The notes under the pieces: model-generated
What the model was told of the DNA's origin: nothing
Database searches by the model: none
Seen by the model: only the letters and a program-made list of their open reading frames with translations
Translations under genes and position numbers: made by a program
IMG/VR virus record: IMGVR_UViG_3300005758_001789
Location: 1-46,716 of that record
DNA: 46,716 bases
Direction: 5' to 3' (one strand)
Source of the DNA: a virus
Taxonomy: Duplodnaviria; Caudoviricetes
Shown here: positions 1 to 10,490 of the stretch, piece after piece
Numbering within the stretch: the stretch's first letter is position 1
Layout of the letters: each line of letters opens with the position of its first letter

Positions 1-15
1 CATAAATTGATGATA

Positions 16-1923
16 CTATTTTGTAAGACCTAACGGATCATCAATTACAATATCCATAGAATCGCTTTTTTGATTCTGAAGATTTATGAACTGCATTTTA
101 TAATAACCATTTTCATTAGATGTCGACAACATTCTTTCTATTCTGCCACTGCTGTACTTTATCTTAAAGTATTCTGGCATAAAATAAACTTTCATTTTCA
201 TCGAAGCTTCACCACTTGTTTTTATTGTATCTTTAAAAAGATCAAGATTGAGCTTCATGTTTGGGTATGGTTTAGGAGCTCCTGCTACGCTTATAAGATT
301 TTTTGTAATTTTATTCTTAAAAAAATCAAAACTTACTTCAAATTGAGAACTGTAATTAGATACCATGCCATGAGCATCAATGCTGCCAACACTGTAAATA
401 TATTTTGATGTCATAAGCATTTCAATGTCAACTACAAAGTCTTCATCTACATGTGACATAGAAGGTGAATATTCTAAATCCACAAATGACATTTCTTCTT
501 GAGTCATGTCTTGCTTATTTCCATCTATCTTTTCACCTGTAGTGTATTTTTTTGTTGAAAAATCAAAGTTTTTTTGTTTTATCAATTCAAAAGGTTCGTT
601 AATTGATGACCTTCTAAATACTTGAAATTGTTTAATGTCTCTTTGGGAATTGACAGGCATACCCCAAACTATTTTTAGTTTGGATTTTTTATAATCCCAA
701 ACAAAGTTGACATCAACAGGTTCAGGTGGAGGAATGTTTTCTACAGTTTCGATAACTGTTATTATTGGTTTTGAACTTACAAGGTATGTTATATCCCTAA
801 CTTCTTGTTCTTCCTCGTCAAATCCTTGAGTTTTTATCCTAGCGACTGACCTGATTGAATAGTAATAAGTCGTTCCATATTTGACAAGAACATCTACAAA
901 ATTTGTTATAGAAGGATTTTCTATGGCATAGCTTTTATTTTTTACGAAACCTTCAGGGGTTTTTTCAAAACGATCTATCAAATACCCTATTATAGTTTTT
1001 TCTGTTGATATTTTATTTGGATCTTCTTTTACTTTACTTATCTCCACAGCTTTTACGATAGCATCATTGACATTAAGCTCTTGTCTGTTTTTTGAATACT
1101 TGTAATAATTATTCAATTCTTTTATTGTGTCTTTTTGTAAGTAAACTTTATCAAAAAGATCTGGTATTACAAGGCAGTTTATTTGAGTTCTGAGGAATGC
1201 TTCAGGTCCCGAAACCAACTGATCAAATCCAGAGGTATTATTTATTACATTGCCTCTTTCATCATAAAAATTTATACCTAAAGATTTTTTAGGTCTATCG
1301 GCAATTTTCTCTATGTTTTCAATAGCCTGTGTTATGCTTTTCTTTGTTTTTTCTATTTTGACGCTATCGTTAGAATCGTTGAATTCTTTAAGAAGGTAAT
1401 TAACATACTGATCTATGGTGGTAGCCTGACTGTTACCAAAATCAGGATTTCCATCGTTGTTAATGTCATTGTATGCGTCTTGTATTCTATCAATATTACT
1501 AAAAGTGTAATTTATAAATTTGGAAGAAGTAAATTCATCTTCAGTTATAATCTTTTCTATATTTTGTTTAATAGAAAAAGTTTTCCTATCATCATAAGGA
1601 TCATAATAACCTGAAGGAGCTGGTGTCCATTTGATCGTCACGTACCTAGGAACTCGTAACGTAAAGTCAAGAGTTTCTGCATCATTTGCATTTAAAAAAT
1701 CTGATTTTTTCTTAATAAATTCAGGCACTCCTGAATTTTCTTGTGTTCCTTCATCATTAACGTAAAAATTGTATGTAAAAAAAGAATTTATCTCTTTTAC
1801 TTCAGGTATGTTTAATGAAAAAACAGGATTAGATGGTATAGCAAAAAATTTCTCATAAGATGTATTTACTACACTTATAGTCTGCTGAGAATTGTTATTT
1901 TGGCTTAGTGTCGGAGCTGTCAT
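16..1923 (-). CDS. putative virion structural protein with FN3/Ig-like beta-sandwich segments
   Basis: 635 aa ORF; FN3-like patterns (PPPEPVDVNFVWDYKKSKLKIVW...FQVFRRS...KYIYSVGSIDAHGMVSNYS and FVDVLVKYGTTYYYSIRSV); ATGA overlap with upstream ORF. Confidence 0.55.
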   Translation of the reverse strand: MTAPTLSQNNNSQQTISVVNTSYEKFFAIPSNPVFSLNIPEVKEINSFFTYNFYVNDEGTQENSGVPEFIKKKSDFLNANDAETLDFTLRVPRYVTIKWTPAPSGYYDPYDDRKTFSIKQNIEKIITEDEFTSSKFINYTFSNIDRIQDAYNDINNDGNPDFGNSQATTIDQYVNYLLKEFNDSNDSVKIEKTKKSITQAIENIEKIADRPKKSLGINFYDERGNVINNTSGFDQLVSGPEAFLRTQINCLVIPDLFDKVYLQKDTIKELNNYYKYSKNRQELNVNDAIVKAVEISKVKEDPNKISTEKTIIGYLIDRFEKTPEGFVKNKSYAIENPSITNFVDVLVKYGTTYYYSIRSVARIKTQGFDEEEQEVRDITYLVSSKPIITVIETVENIPPPEPVDVNFVWDYKKSKLKIVWGMPVNSQRDIKQFQVFRRSSINEPFELIKQKNFDFSTKKYTTGEKIDGNKQDMTQEEMSFVDLEYSPSMSHVDEDFVVDIEMLMTSKYIYSVGSIDAHGMVSNYSSQFEVSFDFFKNKITKNLISVAGAPKPYPNMKLNLDLFKDTIKTSGEASMKMKVYFMPEYFKIKYSSGRIERMLSTSNENGYYKMQFINLQNQKSDSMDIVIDDPLGLTK

Positions 1924-4900
1924 GACGCCGTTGAGCTTTCACCATAAGATTCTATGGAAACAAAATATTTATCAAATGTAATTTCATTTACATCAGTCTT
2001 TTTTCTTACGTATGAATCATCAGCCAATTTAATTACATCACCTTTTGCCAAATAATTTTGAAGAACTTGAGGGGATGTTAAACTTAAATCTACTGTAAAA
2101 TCATCAGGATCCACTATTGTATGATAAACTCTATCAAACTTTCTAGGACTTATTAAGTCATTTTTTAAATCTTCTATCTTAGCCATAAAAGTATGATTAA
2201 CAAAAAGTTTATTAAATGATGTTCTAGTACTAACCTGAGATAACATTCCTAAATTCTCAGTAGGTCTTGGTAATGGATTATATCGATAATACTTTTGCTC
2301 ATCAAAAGAACTATCCGATATAAATTTTAAGTAGATTTCAAACAAAAAAGATTCATAATGACTATGAAATAACAACAGTTTTTCTTGTGCAGGCAATAAT
2401 TCGTATTTGCTTGATAAAACAGTTTTATCAAGGAATATAGATCTTAATATTTTGTTGTTGTACTGAGGATCTTCTGGTAAAATATTTTGATTTTGCAGTA
2501 TTGCTGGGTCTATTACATACGAAGATAGCAATTTGGAATTGAAAAGTTCAAAATCAAATAATAAAGTTTTTGGCAAATGAACCAAGTCAGGTTTTAACAT
2601 ATCATACCTATAAATCCTTAATTTTATTAAGGATTTTCTATTGGTTTTACTGGTTATGTCAGACGCGCTTAATTGTAATCTTCTTTGCAATTTTGGAGGA
2701 ATGCCTATAGAAATTATCTTTTTGTTAAAACCTTCTGATTGTCTAAATTTTCCTTCATTTAGAAAATTCTTTAACCAGAAATTCCATGCAGAAAGATGAA
2801 TGTCTTCTAAAGGTAAAACTAAATCTAAATCAGAATTATCTTTTATTCCATAAAAATATGGAGCTACTTCTTTTAAAGGAGATGAGTAAGATAAAGATGA
2901 TCTTGTTGAAATATCTTTTAAACAGCTGTTCACAAGCTGCAATTGTTCTTTTGTCAACAGGTATTTTGACAAAGACTTATTTTTTAATGCTTCGCTAACA
3001 TTATCTAAGAATGTTTTAAATTTACCTGACTCTAAAGAATCTTTGAAATAAGAAAACTGTTTTTTCAAATTTTTTACCAGCGCATAAACAGTATTGGTAG
3101 ATTTTCTAACATATTTGATTTGTTCATAAATCATTTTTTCAGAAGCTGTAAGAATCTTGTCCATTTGATAAACAGTTATTATTTCACCTGAGTTTTGTTT
3201 AAAACCGCTGATAACATGATCATTTACTTTTTTTGTGACAAAATAACCGTAATATGGATCTGAGCAAGACGTTATTCTTTCTGGATTTGCTGCATGTATC
3301 ATGAGCATGCATAATTCAAAAAATGCAGCGTAATATGTTGATTTTGGTATTCCTGAATAAAAAGTAGTGCTTGAATCTCCTTGATTTGTTGTGGTACTGG
3401 TCATAAACCAGTTAGTTATGTCTATTTGCTTCATAACTTTTACAACGTTATCAAGCATTTCTAATCCCTTCGGCGTTACACCATCTAAAGCTTCTTTTAC
3501 GTTATTCACATAAACAGACGCGTTGGCATTCGGATCTGTTATTTGAGAGTTTGTTATCTCTGTTACTCTTTTTATAATTGCATCTGATAGCAAAGTTTTA
3601 ATCGTAATATCTTTTGTAACTGTGACTTGAGGATTTGAAACGACATTTCCTTGTTCATCATACCCAAACTCATCACCTGTATATTCTTGAACTTCTTTAG
3701 TCGCCACAAAACTTTCTAATTGATTCACTAGCATGGCCATCGTTCTCATGAAAATAAGAGTTTTTAAATGAACATCGTCGGCAGCCAAAGAAATCAACAA
3801 CCAGCTTACATCAACAGGTTTATTAGTAGAATTTGTTACAAAAACTCCATCAGTATCTCTACTCCATAACAGATTGGTATACATTGGACCGAATATAACG
3901 GTATCACCTGCTTTTGATTCTTCGGCCTTGACGACGCCTCTGTTCATTAGGGGAGATTCTGCTAAAATTTCATTTTCTATTTTTCTTATCAAATCAATAG
4001 GATTACTTAACATCTTAACAAGACCAAGAAGTTCACCTTCTGTGCTAGCTTTGTTGTAATTTTTAATTGAGTTGACAGCTCTGTTACGAGCTTCCGTCAT
4101 TTGATTTTTTCCGTTACCTGTGGCAGATGAAACGGACGAAGGAGATAATCTAAAAATCATATTTTCTAATATGATTTTAAAAGTAGATTCAGCGATATCT
4201 AATTTAGAAAGCAAAGAATTAATACGAGTTGTATCAAAAGTATTATTCACCGTATTTAAAGAACTTTCAACATAGTAATACATGCCAGGCGTTATAACAG
4301 CTCCTTGTCTTTTCAACCCTACATCATCAGCTATATAACGATCTTCAAACGTCAATATTTCAGAATTGTTGTCAACTGTTTGCGCAATGCTTACTAAAGA
4401 ATTACCATTTCCTAAGGGAGATGAAGAAATATCGGTAATATCAGCACCTGAAGATCCAATTATATAATCCCAAATATTTATAGCGTTATTCCGTGTTCCT
4501 ATAGCATAACCGTATTGGTTGGCGAATGAAGAAGTCTTCATCATTTTTGATGAATAAACATGTTCTTTGCACAAAAGATAAGCTAACCGACCAATAGATT
4601 CTTCAAAAGAATCTGAATTAGAAAATATTTTAGAAGAAAAAATATTTTTAGAAAATAAAACTTTGTAAAGACTGACAGCGTTATCAAATCCATCTTTAGC
4701 AAGAATTGATAAATCATTTATTGAAGGCGCAATAAAGGTTTTTTTATTCCATTCAAATTTCTTGATATTAGAAGAATTAGCAGATGTTAATTTATAAGGA
4801 TTTTTATAAGAACTGTTTATTACAGGTTTAACGCTTGTTGAATTTGATAAAAGATTAGAAGGATATCCTTTAGCCAATATTTCTTTTAACTCACGACACA

Positions 4901-5522
4901 TTTGCAGCCATACTTTAGTCGACGTCCAAAACTTGATATTTTCTTCATCACCTATAACATTTCCAACTTTTTTAGGAAATACATCTATTCCACCTGGATA
5001 TTCTTTTAAAGCTGCGTCTAAATCAACTTTTCCTTTATCATCATACGGAAGCAAATTTGGATATAATGGATCCAAATTTCTTCTTATATTTTCCATTTGA
5101 GATATTAAATCATTTGAATCAGCTATAAAGCTATCACAAAAATCTTTTATTTGTTCTCTGGTACCAGAGGCGTACGACTGGATATCCGCAAATATTTCAG
5201 AATCTAATAAATCTTTTATTGATCTATTGGCAGAAACAAGCAAACTTTCTTGTTTAGCCTGTAATATTTCTCCTGTTTTATTTAAAGCACCTTCATCATT
5301 GTAAACAGGTTCAAACGCGCTAAAAAATAAAATTTCAGGACTACTGCTTATTATTCCCGTGTCATTATCAAAAGGTATAGCGTTGCTTCTAACTGAAGAC
5401 GCATTGAATTTTTCTGTGTTTTCTGTTAAGACATTGCTTTTTATAATAACATCTTTTGCTTTCTCATTTTGATCTTTGCTTTTTGGTTGAGAAGCAGGTA
5501 GTCCTATTTTTGTTTTTGCCAT
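1920..5522 (-). CDS. large hypothetical protein, probably virion structural
   Basis: 1200 aa ORF, Ser/Asn/Lys-rich, no recognisable catalytic motif; in a tightly packed same-strand block. Confidence 0.45.
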   Translation of the reverse strand: MAKTKIGLPASQPKSKDQNEKAKDVIIKSNVLTENTEKFNASSVRSNAIPFDNDTGIISSSPEILFFSAFEPVYNDEGALNKTGEILQAKQESLLVSANRSIKDLLDSEIFADIQSYASGTREQIKDFCDSFIADSNDLISQMENIRRNLDPLYPNLLPYDDKGKVDLDAALKEYPGGIDVFPKKVGNVIGDEENIKFWTSTKVWLQMCRELKEILAKGYPSNLLSNSTSVKPVINSSYKNPYKLTSANSSNIKKFEWNKKTFIAPSINDLSILAKDGFDNAVSLYKVLFSKNIFSSKIFSNSDSFEESIGRLAYLLCKEHVYSSKMMKTSSFANQYGYAIGTRNNAINIWDYIIGSSGADITDISSSPLGNGNSLVSIAQTVDNNSEILTFEDRYIADDVGLKRQGAVITPGMYYYVESSLNTVNNTFDTTRINSLLSKLDIAESTFKIILENMIFRLSPSSVSSATGNGKNQMTEARNRAVNSIKNYNKASTEGELLGLVKMLSNPIDLIRKIENEILAESPLMNRGVVKAEESKAGDTVIFGPMYTNLLWSRDTDGVFVTNSTNKPVDVSWLLISLAADDVHLKTLIFMRTMAMLVNQLESFVATKEVQEYTGDEFGYDEQGNVVSNPQVTVTKDITIKTLLSDAIIKRVTEITNSQITDPNANASVYVNNVKEALDGVTPKGLEMLDNVVKVMKQIDITNWFMTSTTTNQGDSSTTFYSGIPKSTYYAAFFELCMLMIHAANPERITSCSDPYYGYFVTKKVNDHVISGFKQNSGEIITVYQMDKILTASEKMIYEQIKYVRKSTNTVYALVKNLKKQFSYFKDSLESGKFKTFLDNVSEALKNKSLSKYLLTKEQLQLVNSCLKDISTRSSLSYSSPLKEVAPYFYGIKDNSDLDLVLPLEDIHLSAWNFWLKNFLNEGKFRQSEGFNKKIISIGIPPKLQRRLQLSASDITSKTNRKSLIKLRIYRYDMLKPDLVHLPKTLLFDFELFNSKLLSSYVIDPAILQNQNILPEDPQYNNKILRSIFLDKTVLSSKYELLPAQEKLLLFHSHYESFLFEIYLKFISDSSFDEQKYYRYNPLPRPTENLGMLSQVSTRTSFNKLFVNHTFMAKIEDLKNDLISPRKFDRVYHTIVDPDDFTVDLSLTSPQVLQNYLAKGDVIKLADDSYVRKKTDVNEITFDKYFVSIESYGESSTAS

Positions 5523-5533
5523 ATCGTCGCCTA

Positions 5534-7906
5534 CTATGATAGTACGGTATATGTACTAAAAAATTCGTTTGGATCAATGAATATTGCGTTGGATCTTGTA
5601 GCTGATCCAACTGAATAGTCAATAAAGACAGGTGTAACCTGATAAAAGATGGTCCCCATGTCATTAGACATGTCGATGATATCTATAAATTCTTTTCCTT
5701 GACATGACCCAATAAGATGCTTTTTACCATTAACTTCTTTTGAAATAACATAGTGATCGTAGTTGCTTTCATCTCCTTCAATATCCCATGTTACTTTTAC
5801 TTTATTGACGTCCAGTCTTTCAGCGAATAAATCTTTAACAATAGCAGTGCTAGTCAAACTAGCCAAAGTATATGTCGCTGTTACGCCAATTTCTCCATCT
5901 TCAAAAAGTGATGTGGTTGAAATTATATTACCTTCACTATCTGAAGCCAAAAGAGTTCCATTTTTTAATGTTGTAGGTTGTCTCCACCTGTAAGGTCTAT
6001 AAGCGTATGTTTTTGTTCCTTTGCCAACTGAAACTGTAACTACTTTTACATAATCTCTAAATAAAGTAATAGGATCCCTTAAAGAAACTCTAACTTCATA
6101 ATGATAAGAAGTCATTGGGTCTAATTTTGAAACAGAAAACTTTTTTCTTGTTTGATAATCATCAACAAAAGTTCCATCAACAGGAATATCATCAAAAAGC
6201 TCTCTCTGTCCTGTTTTTAAATTAATCCTAACAACTCGATGAAAAATAAGATTATTAAACGTATCATTTACTTTTTCCATCTCATTCTGGAATTCTTCGA
6301 AGATGTCTGCGTTTTTTAAATGCAACTTTATTTTATTCGCTTCTTTTTCTTTTATCTGACTTGATAAAGAAAAAGAAAAACTTGGTTCGCCATTTGCAAC
6401 GCTTAAAACCGGAGAAGATATTACTGTAGAAATAGAAGTCGCTATAGCTGAATTTACATACCTGTATATTTGGGATCTTGATCTTCTTTCTTCTCCGGTT
6501 TTAGTTTTGTAATAGAGACTATACTCGTATATTTCATCATTTTTTACTAAATTGTCCTCAAGCACGACAGAATTAGAAATGTCTTTTATGTAATCGTAAT
6601 TGACAACAACTGTTTTTGTATCTTCTCTAATGGCGTTATTGATTATCTGCTTTCTTTCAACTTTTACCTGCGAAGCAAACACGGGTATGTTGTACAGCTT
6701 AATCAGCAAACTCGCCTCAGCGTTTGGTTTATCAACTATTACCATAGAAGTTTGATCTAGATTCATTGGATCTCCTACAACTAATGATCCAAAAAAGCTA
6801 GATTTTTTACCTGATGGCAATTCGTAAGGAGTAGACCGATATATAAAAACTTTACCTTTGCTTTTTAATGAAGAAAATAGTTTTCTTTTTTTATAAAGCA
6901 CCATTGAGTCATCAACTAAAGAATAATTTGATATTTCACCTATATCATTTATCTCTTTTCTATATGTTTGAATCGCATTAGCATTTTTATCTTCTTGTCC
7001 TATTATTATTTTTGAATTTTCTGAATAGCCTAGCTTAGGTTCATCTTTTATTATTTTAGAATATTTTAAAAATGAAGAAACATCCAGTTGCAATTTCTTA
7101 ATTTCTAAAGGAATGGTACTTTTTGATGTATATACTTCAAAATTAACATCTAAAATTTGTTCAGAATATTTTTTAGGTATTCTTACTTTTGCAAAAAAAT
7201 TAACTCTATCAATAAACTGTTGTTTCGAAACTTTTTTGTAAAGTATTTCATCTGTAGGATCAAAAGGTTTTTGAGAAATATAAAATTTTCTTATTTTTTT
7301 TACTATATCTAAAGATGAATTTTTTTGTGAATCTTGAACAGTCTCAGCAGGATCTATAAGTCTATTCGTTAAAAGTTCTAAATTTAATTTTTGAATATCT
7401 TCTTTTGTGTCTGATGAAGTAAACACATTCAGCATTTGCAATTCAAAATCTGTAAGAGGTTCAATTGTATAGACTGGATAATAAAGTGAAGCTACGTCTT
7501 TAGGATCTTTTCCGCTTTTTATTTCTGATTTTGTTATTTCAAGTACAGCTGTTTCAAGACTTCCAACAGAAGCAACAGCAATCAAGCTATCTAATTTTTG
7601 TTTTGCCAACTTGCTTTGGTTATAATTTTTTAATAGAACTTTGTGAATGCTATTTTGTGAGGCAATAGTTGTTGCAATATCATTAGAATAACTTACGTAT
7701 TTTTTTCCATCTGAATCTACTGACACATTTTTGTTATAAATTTTTACTTCAACTTTTGAAAGAAAAAATTTAACTATATAGCTTTGTAATAAGCTAAAGT
7801 TTAAATCAAAATAATAATCAGAATCATCTTCTCCATTATAAGTTGCAAAATACGGAACAACTTTGATGGAAGATACACTTTTAACATCACTTTCGTAAGA
7901 CTGCAT
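5534..7906 (-). CDS. putative virion structural protein with C-terminal FN3-like domain
   Basis: 790 aa ORF; C-terminal VKDLFAERLDVNKVKVTWDIEGDESNYDHYVISK...FYQVTPV resembles an FN3 fold; similar YEYSLYY and YHYEVRV strands upstream. Confidence 0.5.
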   Translation of the reverse strand: MQSYESDVKSVSSIKVVPYFATYNGEDDSDYYFDLNFSLLQSYIVKFFLSKVEVKIYNKNVSVDSDGKKYVSYSNDIATTIASQNSIHKVLLKNYNQSKLAKQKLDSLIAVASVGSLETAVLEITKSEIKSGKDPKDVASLYYPVYTIEPLTDFELQMLNVFTSSDTKEDIQKLNLELLTNRLIDPAETVQDSQKNSSLDIVKKIRKFYISQKPFDPTDEILYKKVSKQQFIDRVNFFAKVRIPKKYSEQILDVNFEVYTSKSTIPLEIKKLQLDVSSFLKYSKIIKDEPKLGYSENSKIIIGQEDKNANAIQTYRKEINDIGEISNYSLVDDSMVLYKKRKLFSSLKSKGKVFIYRSTPYELPSGKKSSFFGSLVVGDPMNLDQTSMVIVDKPNAEASLLIKLYNIPVFASQVKVERKQIINNAIREDTKTVVVNYDYIKDISNSVVLEDNLVKNDEIYEYSLYYKTKTGEERRSRSQIYRYVNSAIATSISTVISSPVLSVANGEPSFSFSLSSQIKEKEANKIKLHLKNADIFEEFQNEMEKVNDTFNNLIFHRVVRINLKTGQRELFDDIPVDGTFVDDYQTRKKFSVSKLDPMTSYHYEVRVSLRDPITLFRDYVKVVTVSVGKGTKTYAYRPYRWRQPTTLKNGTLLASDSEGNIISTTSLFEDGEIGVTATYTLASLTSTAIVKDLFAERLDVNKVKVTWDIEGDESNYDHYVISKEVNGKKHLIGSCQGKEFIDIIDMSNDMGTIFYQVTPVFIDYSVGSATRSNAIFIDPNEFFSTYTVLS

Positions 7907-7908
7907 TG

Positions 7909-8973
7909 TTATTCCTCTTCAGAGTCAGGTCCAAATACCAAAGTAAATAAATGAACAAAGCAGTTTGATCCTGTGTCATCTGTTAGTACTTTTCCTATAA
8001 AAAACACATGATGTGTAACTGCTTTTGGATTTGAAGTGTTATCATTAACTTTACCATAGTCAATTACATCGAGCTTTTTAACTTCATTATTGGTTATTTC
8101 AAAAAATTGAGCAACTATCTCATTGTCCCTCGATGTAGGATCAAATGATACAATCTTGACATCTTCTTCGTAATTTTTTAATTCTTTACTAATTTCAGAA
8201 AAAGTAAGTTTTTCAACAGGTCCCCAAGGAGGATAATCTCCTAACAACAAATTGTTGCTTATTAGTTGATTTATATCTGTTTTATCAACAGAAAAACTTG
8301 ATTTTTTTATAGGAGGAAGATATTTGAAATTTTCAACATTTCTTAATTTTTCATCACTAAATAAAGAATCGATTGTATTAATATTGGTAGGCGGAACCAT
8401 CTGCTGTGTGGTTGAGTCAGACCTAATAGTGAATTTTATCTTTTTTGTGTTTAAAGCAAAGTTGTAATCTTCAAATAATGGATCAGCAGTACCTAATATC
8501 ATTAGGTTGTTAAAATTATCAATTGAAGATGTAAGCAGACCTTCAATCTGAGAAGCAAAACTAGCTCCATTCATAGCATTTTCTGAAAATGCTCCTGAAT
8601 AAGAACCATCAGTCGCGAATTGCTGAATTCTATTTTTTATTTTACCTCCTACAAAAGCATTCCAAGAAACACTACCAGTAATACTACCTGTAACAGTTGT
8701 TTCACCAATTGAAATATGCTGACGAAAAGGCGTAAGCTTGCCAGAATCATCAGCTTCAAATGTTATTTGATCGTAAGGAGAATTAAAAGCCTCTAAATAT
8801 ATTTTCTGTGTAGGATCAACATGACCTTCTTCTGAATCAAGTTGATAAACTACCGCCTTGTCTGTAAAAGTAGCATACTTGACTACGAAGTTACCTTCAG
8901 CCATCTGTCTACGACCTTCGTAGGTTAGTATGGCATCGATAACCCTGGATTTATTATCTAAAATTCCGCTCAT
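7909..8973 (-). CDS. putative baseplate/tail-fibre-attachment protein
   Basis: N-terminus GILDNKSRVIDAILTYEGRRQMAEGNFVVKYATFTD resembles the ILTxxGRxxLA N-terminal motif of myophage tail-fibre/baseplate proteins. Confidence 0.5.
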   Translation of the reverse strand: MSGILDNKSRVIDAILTYEGRRQMAEGNFVVKYATFTDKAVVYQLDSEEGHVDPTQKIYLEAFNSPYDQITFEADDSGKLTPFRQHISIGETTVTGSITGSVSWNAFVGGKIKNRIQQFATDGSYSGAFSENAMNGASFASQIEGLLTSSIDNFNNLMILGTADPLFEDYNFALNTKKIKFTIRSDSTTQQMVPPTNINTIDSLFSDEKLRNVENFKYLPPIKKSSFSVDKTDINQLISNNLLLGDYPPWGPVEKLTFSEISKELKNYEEDVKIVSFDPTSRDNEIVAQFFEITNNEVKKLDVIDYGKVNDNTSNPKAVTHHVFFIGKVLTDDTGSNCFVHLFTLVFGPDSEEE

Positions 8974-9028
8974 GACATGTCATAACAAATATCAACAAAA
9001 ACTTAAAAGCTACCTGTGTTTTACCACA

Positions 9029-10423
9029 TCACAAAATCTTTGATGCCAAAGTAGCCAATTCACTTCTTTCTCCCTTAAGAAGGCTTACGTGTCCAGCTAT
9101 TGGATAATCCTTGAATTTTTCGATTGCGTATGTAAGACCATTTGTGAAAACATCAACATGAACGTTGTCAATTTGCTCAATATCACCTGTAAGAACTATC
9201 TTGGTTCCATCGCCTACACGTGTAATGATTGTCTTCAGCTCGTGCATGGAAAGGTTTTGTGCTTCGTCTATGATAATGTAGGCATTTGGAATTGAACGAC
9301 CACGGATGAATGTGATTGCCTCAATTTCAATGAGGCCTTTTTCCTGTAGTAGTGAAAGGTAGTATTCGTCAGTTGACTTTGGTTTTCCGTTTGGATCAAC
9401 ACCGCTTGGTACTTTTCGACGATTACCTTTCTTACCACTCATGAGAAAGTTCATGTTATCACGGATTGGAGCGATCCATGGTTCCATCTTTTCTTCAAGA
9501 GTACCTGGCAGGAAGCCGATATCTTTTCCAACAGGTTGTACTGGTCGTGTTACAATTAGCTTATCGTACTTGGGTATGCCACCTAATCCTTTAAGCTGTT
9601 CTAATGCGGCCGCAATTGCAAGAAGAGTTTTACCAGTACCTGATGGGCCTGTAAGTGTTAGTAGCTTGATACTGTCATCAAACAATAAGTCATAAGAAAA
9701 TGATTGTTCTTTGTTGCGAGGTTTTAAACCAAAAGCTGATTCAATTTTTGCTATAGGAATAAGTGGTTTTTCAGGATTCAGACATTTAGTCAATGCTGAT
9801 TTAATGGTTTTTCCATCAGGACCTGTTGTTTTTATGACAACTATTTGATTTGGATAAAGCTTTTTATCTCCTATAAGTTCGGATGGTATTTGAACTTGTT
9901 CTTCATGATAAAAGCTATCAACATATTCTTCAGGTACTTCTAATACCTCTACACCTCTATAAAAATGTTCTTCATCAGCTGTGACTCTCATCTTGAAATA
10001 ATCTTCACACTTTATTCCAAGAGAATCACATTTAATTCTAACATTTATGTCTTTAGAAACCAATACACAATTGACGTTGTCATGCTTAAGCTGAAACATC
10101 AAAGCTATAATCATATTATCGGTTTTTGAAGTTTGAAGTTCTCTAGGCAGACTGTTCGCCCATTCAGAACTAACGGAAACTATCCTCAAAATACCACCTT
10201 GAGGAAGAACAACGCCGTCCGTTAAACTTCCTTTTTCTCTGAGTTCGTCAAGTGATCTTGATATTTGACGAGCTCCTTTACCAACTTCATCAAGTCTACT
10301 TTTATGACGATCCAATTCTTCTAAAACAGCCATTGGAATGATAAGATCATTATCTTCAAAAGAAAAAATAGAATTTGAATCACTTAATAAAACGTTAGTA
10401 TCTAAAACGTATGTCTTCTTCAT
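9029..10423 (-). CDS. phoH: PhoH-family ATPase with N-terminal PIN domain (PhoH2/YlaK type)
   Basis: PIN motif YVLDTNVLL...EELD...DNMI...SKDINVRIK; Walker A GPSGTGKT; GFLPG; RGRS; IIIDEAQN; GDIEQID. Confidence 0.93.
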   Translation of the reverse strand: MKKTYVLDTNVLLSDSNSIFSFEDNDLIIPMAVLEELDRHKSRLDEVGKGARQISRSLDELREKGSLTDGVVLPQGGILRIVSVSSEWANSLPRELQTSKTDNMIIALMFQLKHDNVNCVLVSKDINVRIKCDSLGIKCEDYFKMRVTADEEHFYRGVEVLEVPEEYVDSFYHEEQVQIPSELIGDKKLYPNQIVVIKTTGPDGKTIKSALTKCLNPEKPLIPIAKIESAFGLKPRNKEQSFSYDLLFDDSIKLLTLTGPSGTGKTLLAIAAALEQLKGLGGIPKYDKLIVTRPVQPVGKDIGFLPGTLEEKMEPWIAPIRDNMNFLMSGKKGNRRKVPSGVDPNGKPKSTDEYYLSLLQEKGLIEIEAITFIRGRSIPNAYIIIDEAQNLSMHELKTIITRVGDGTKIVLTGDIEQIDNVHVDVFTNGLTYAIEKFKDYPIAGHVSLLKGERSELATLASKIL

Positions 10424-10434
10424 ATCTTATCTAC

Positions 10435-10440
10435 ATTATA
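10435..10440 (-). promoter_or_regulatory. putative -10 box (TATAAT) for phoH
   Basis: perfect TATAAT 11 nt upstream of the phoH ATG; no good -35 at 17 nt. Confidence 0.4.
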
Positions 10441-10469
10441 TTGCACTTAAACAACACCGTACTTATTTT
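10441..10469 (+). promoter_or_regulatory. putative sigma70-type promoter TTGCAC-N17-TATTTT
   Basis: in the divergent intergenic gap upstream of the sigma region-4 gene. Confidence 0.4.
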
Positions 10470-10490
10470 GTAGTTTGATTTTGAATTAGT

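Noticed and set aside
1-3. Minus-strand ATG (CAT at 1-3) that may start the next gene of the structural block
   Set aside because: Only one codon is visible, so it cannot be supported as a feature.
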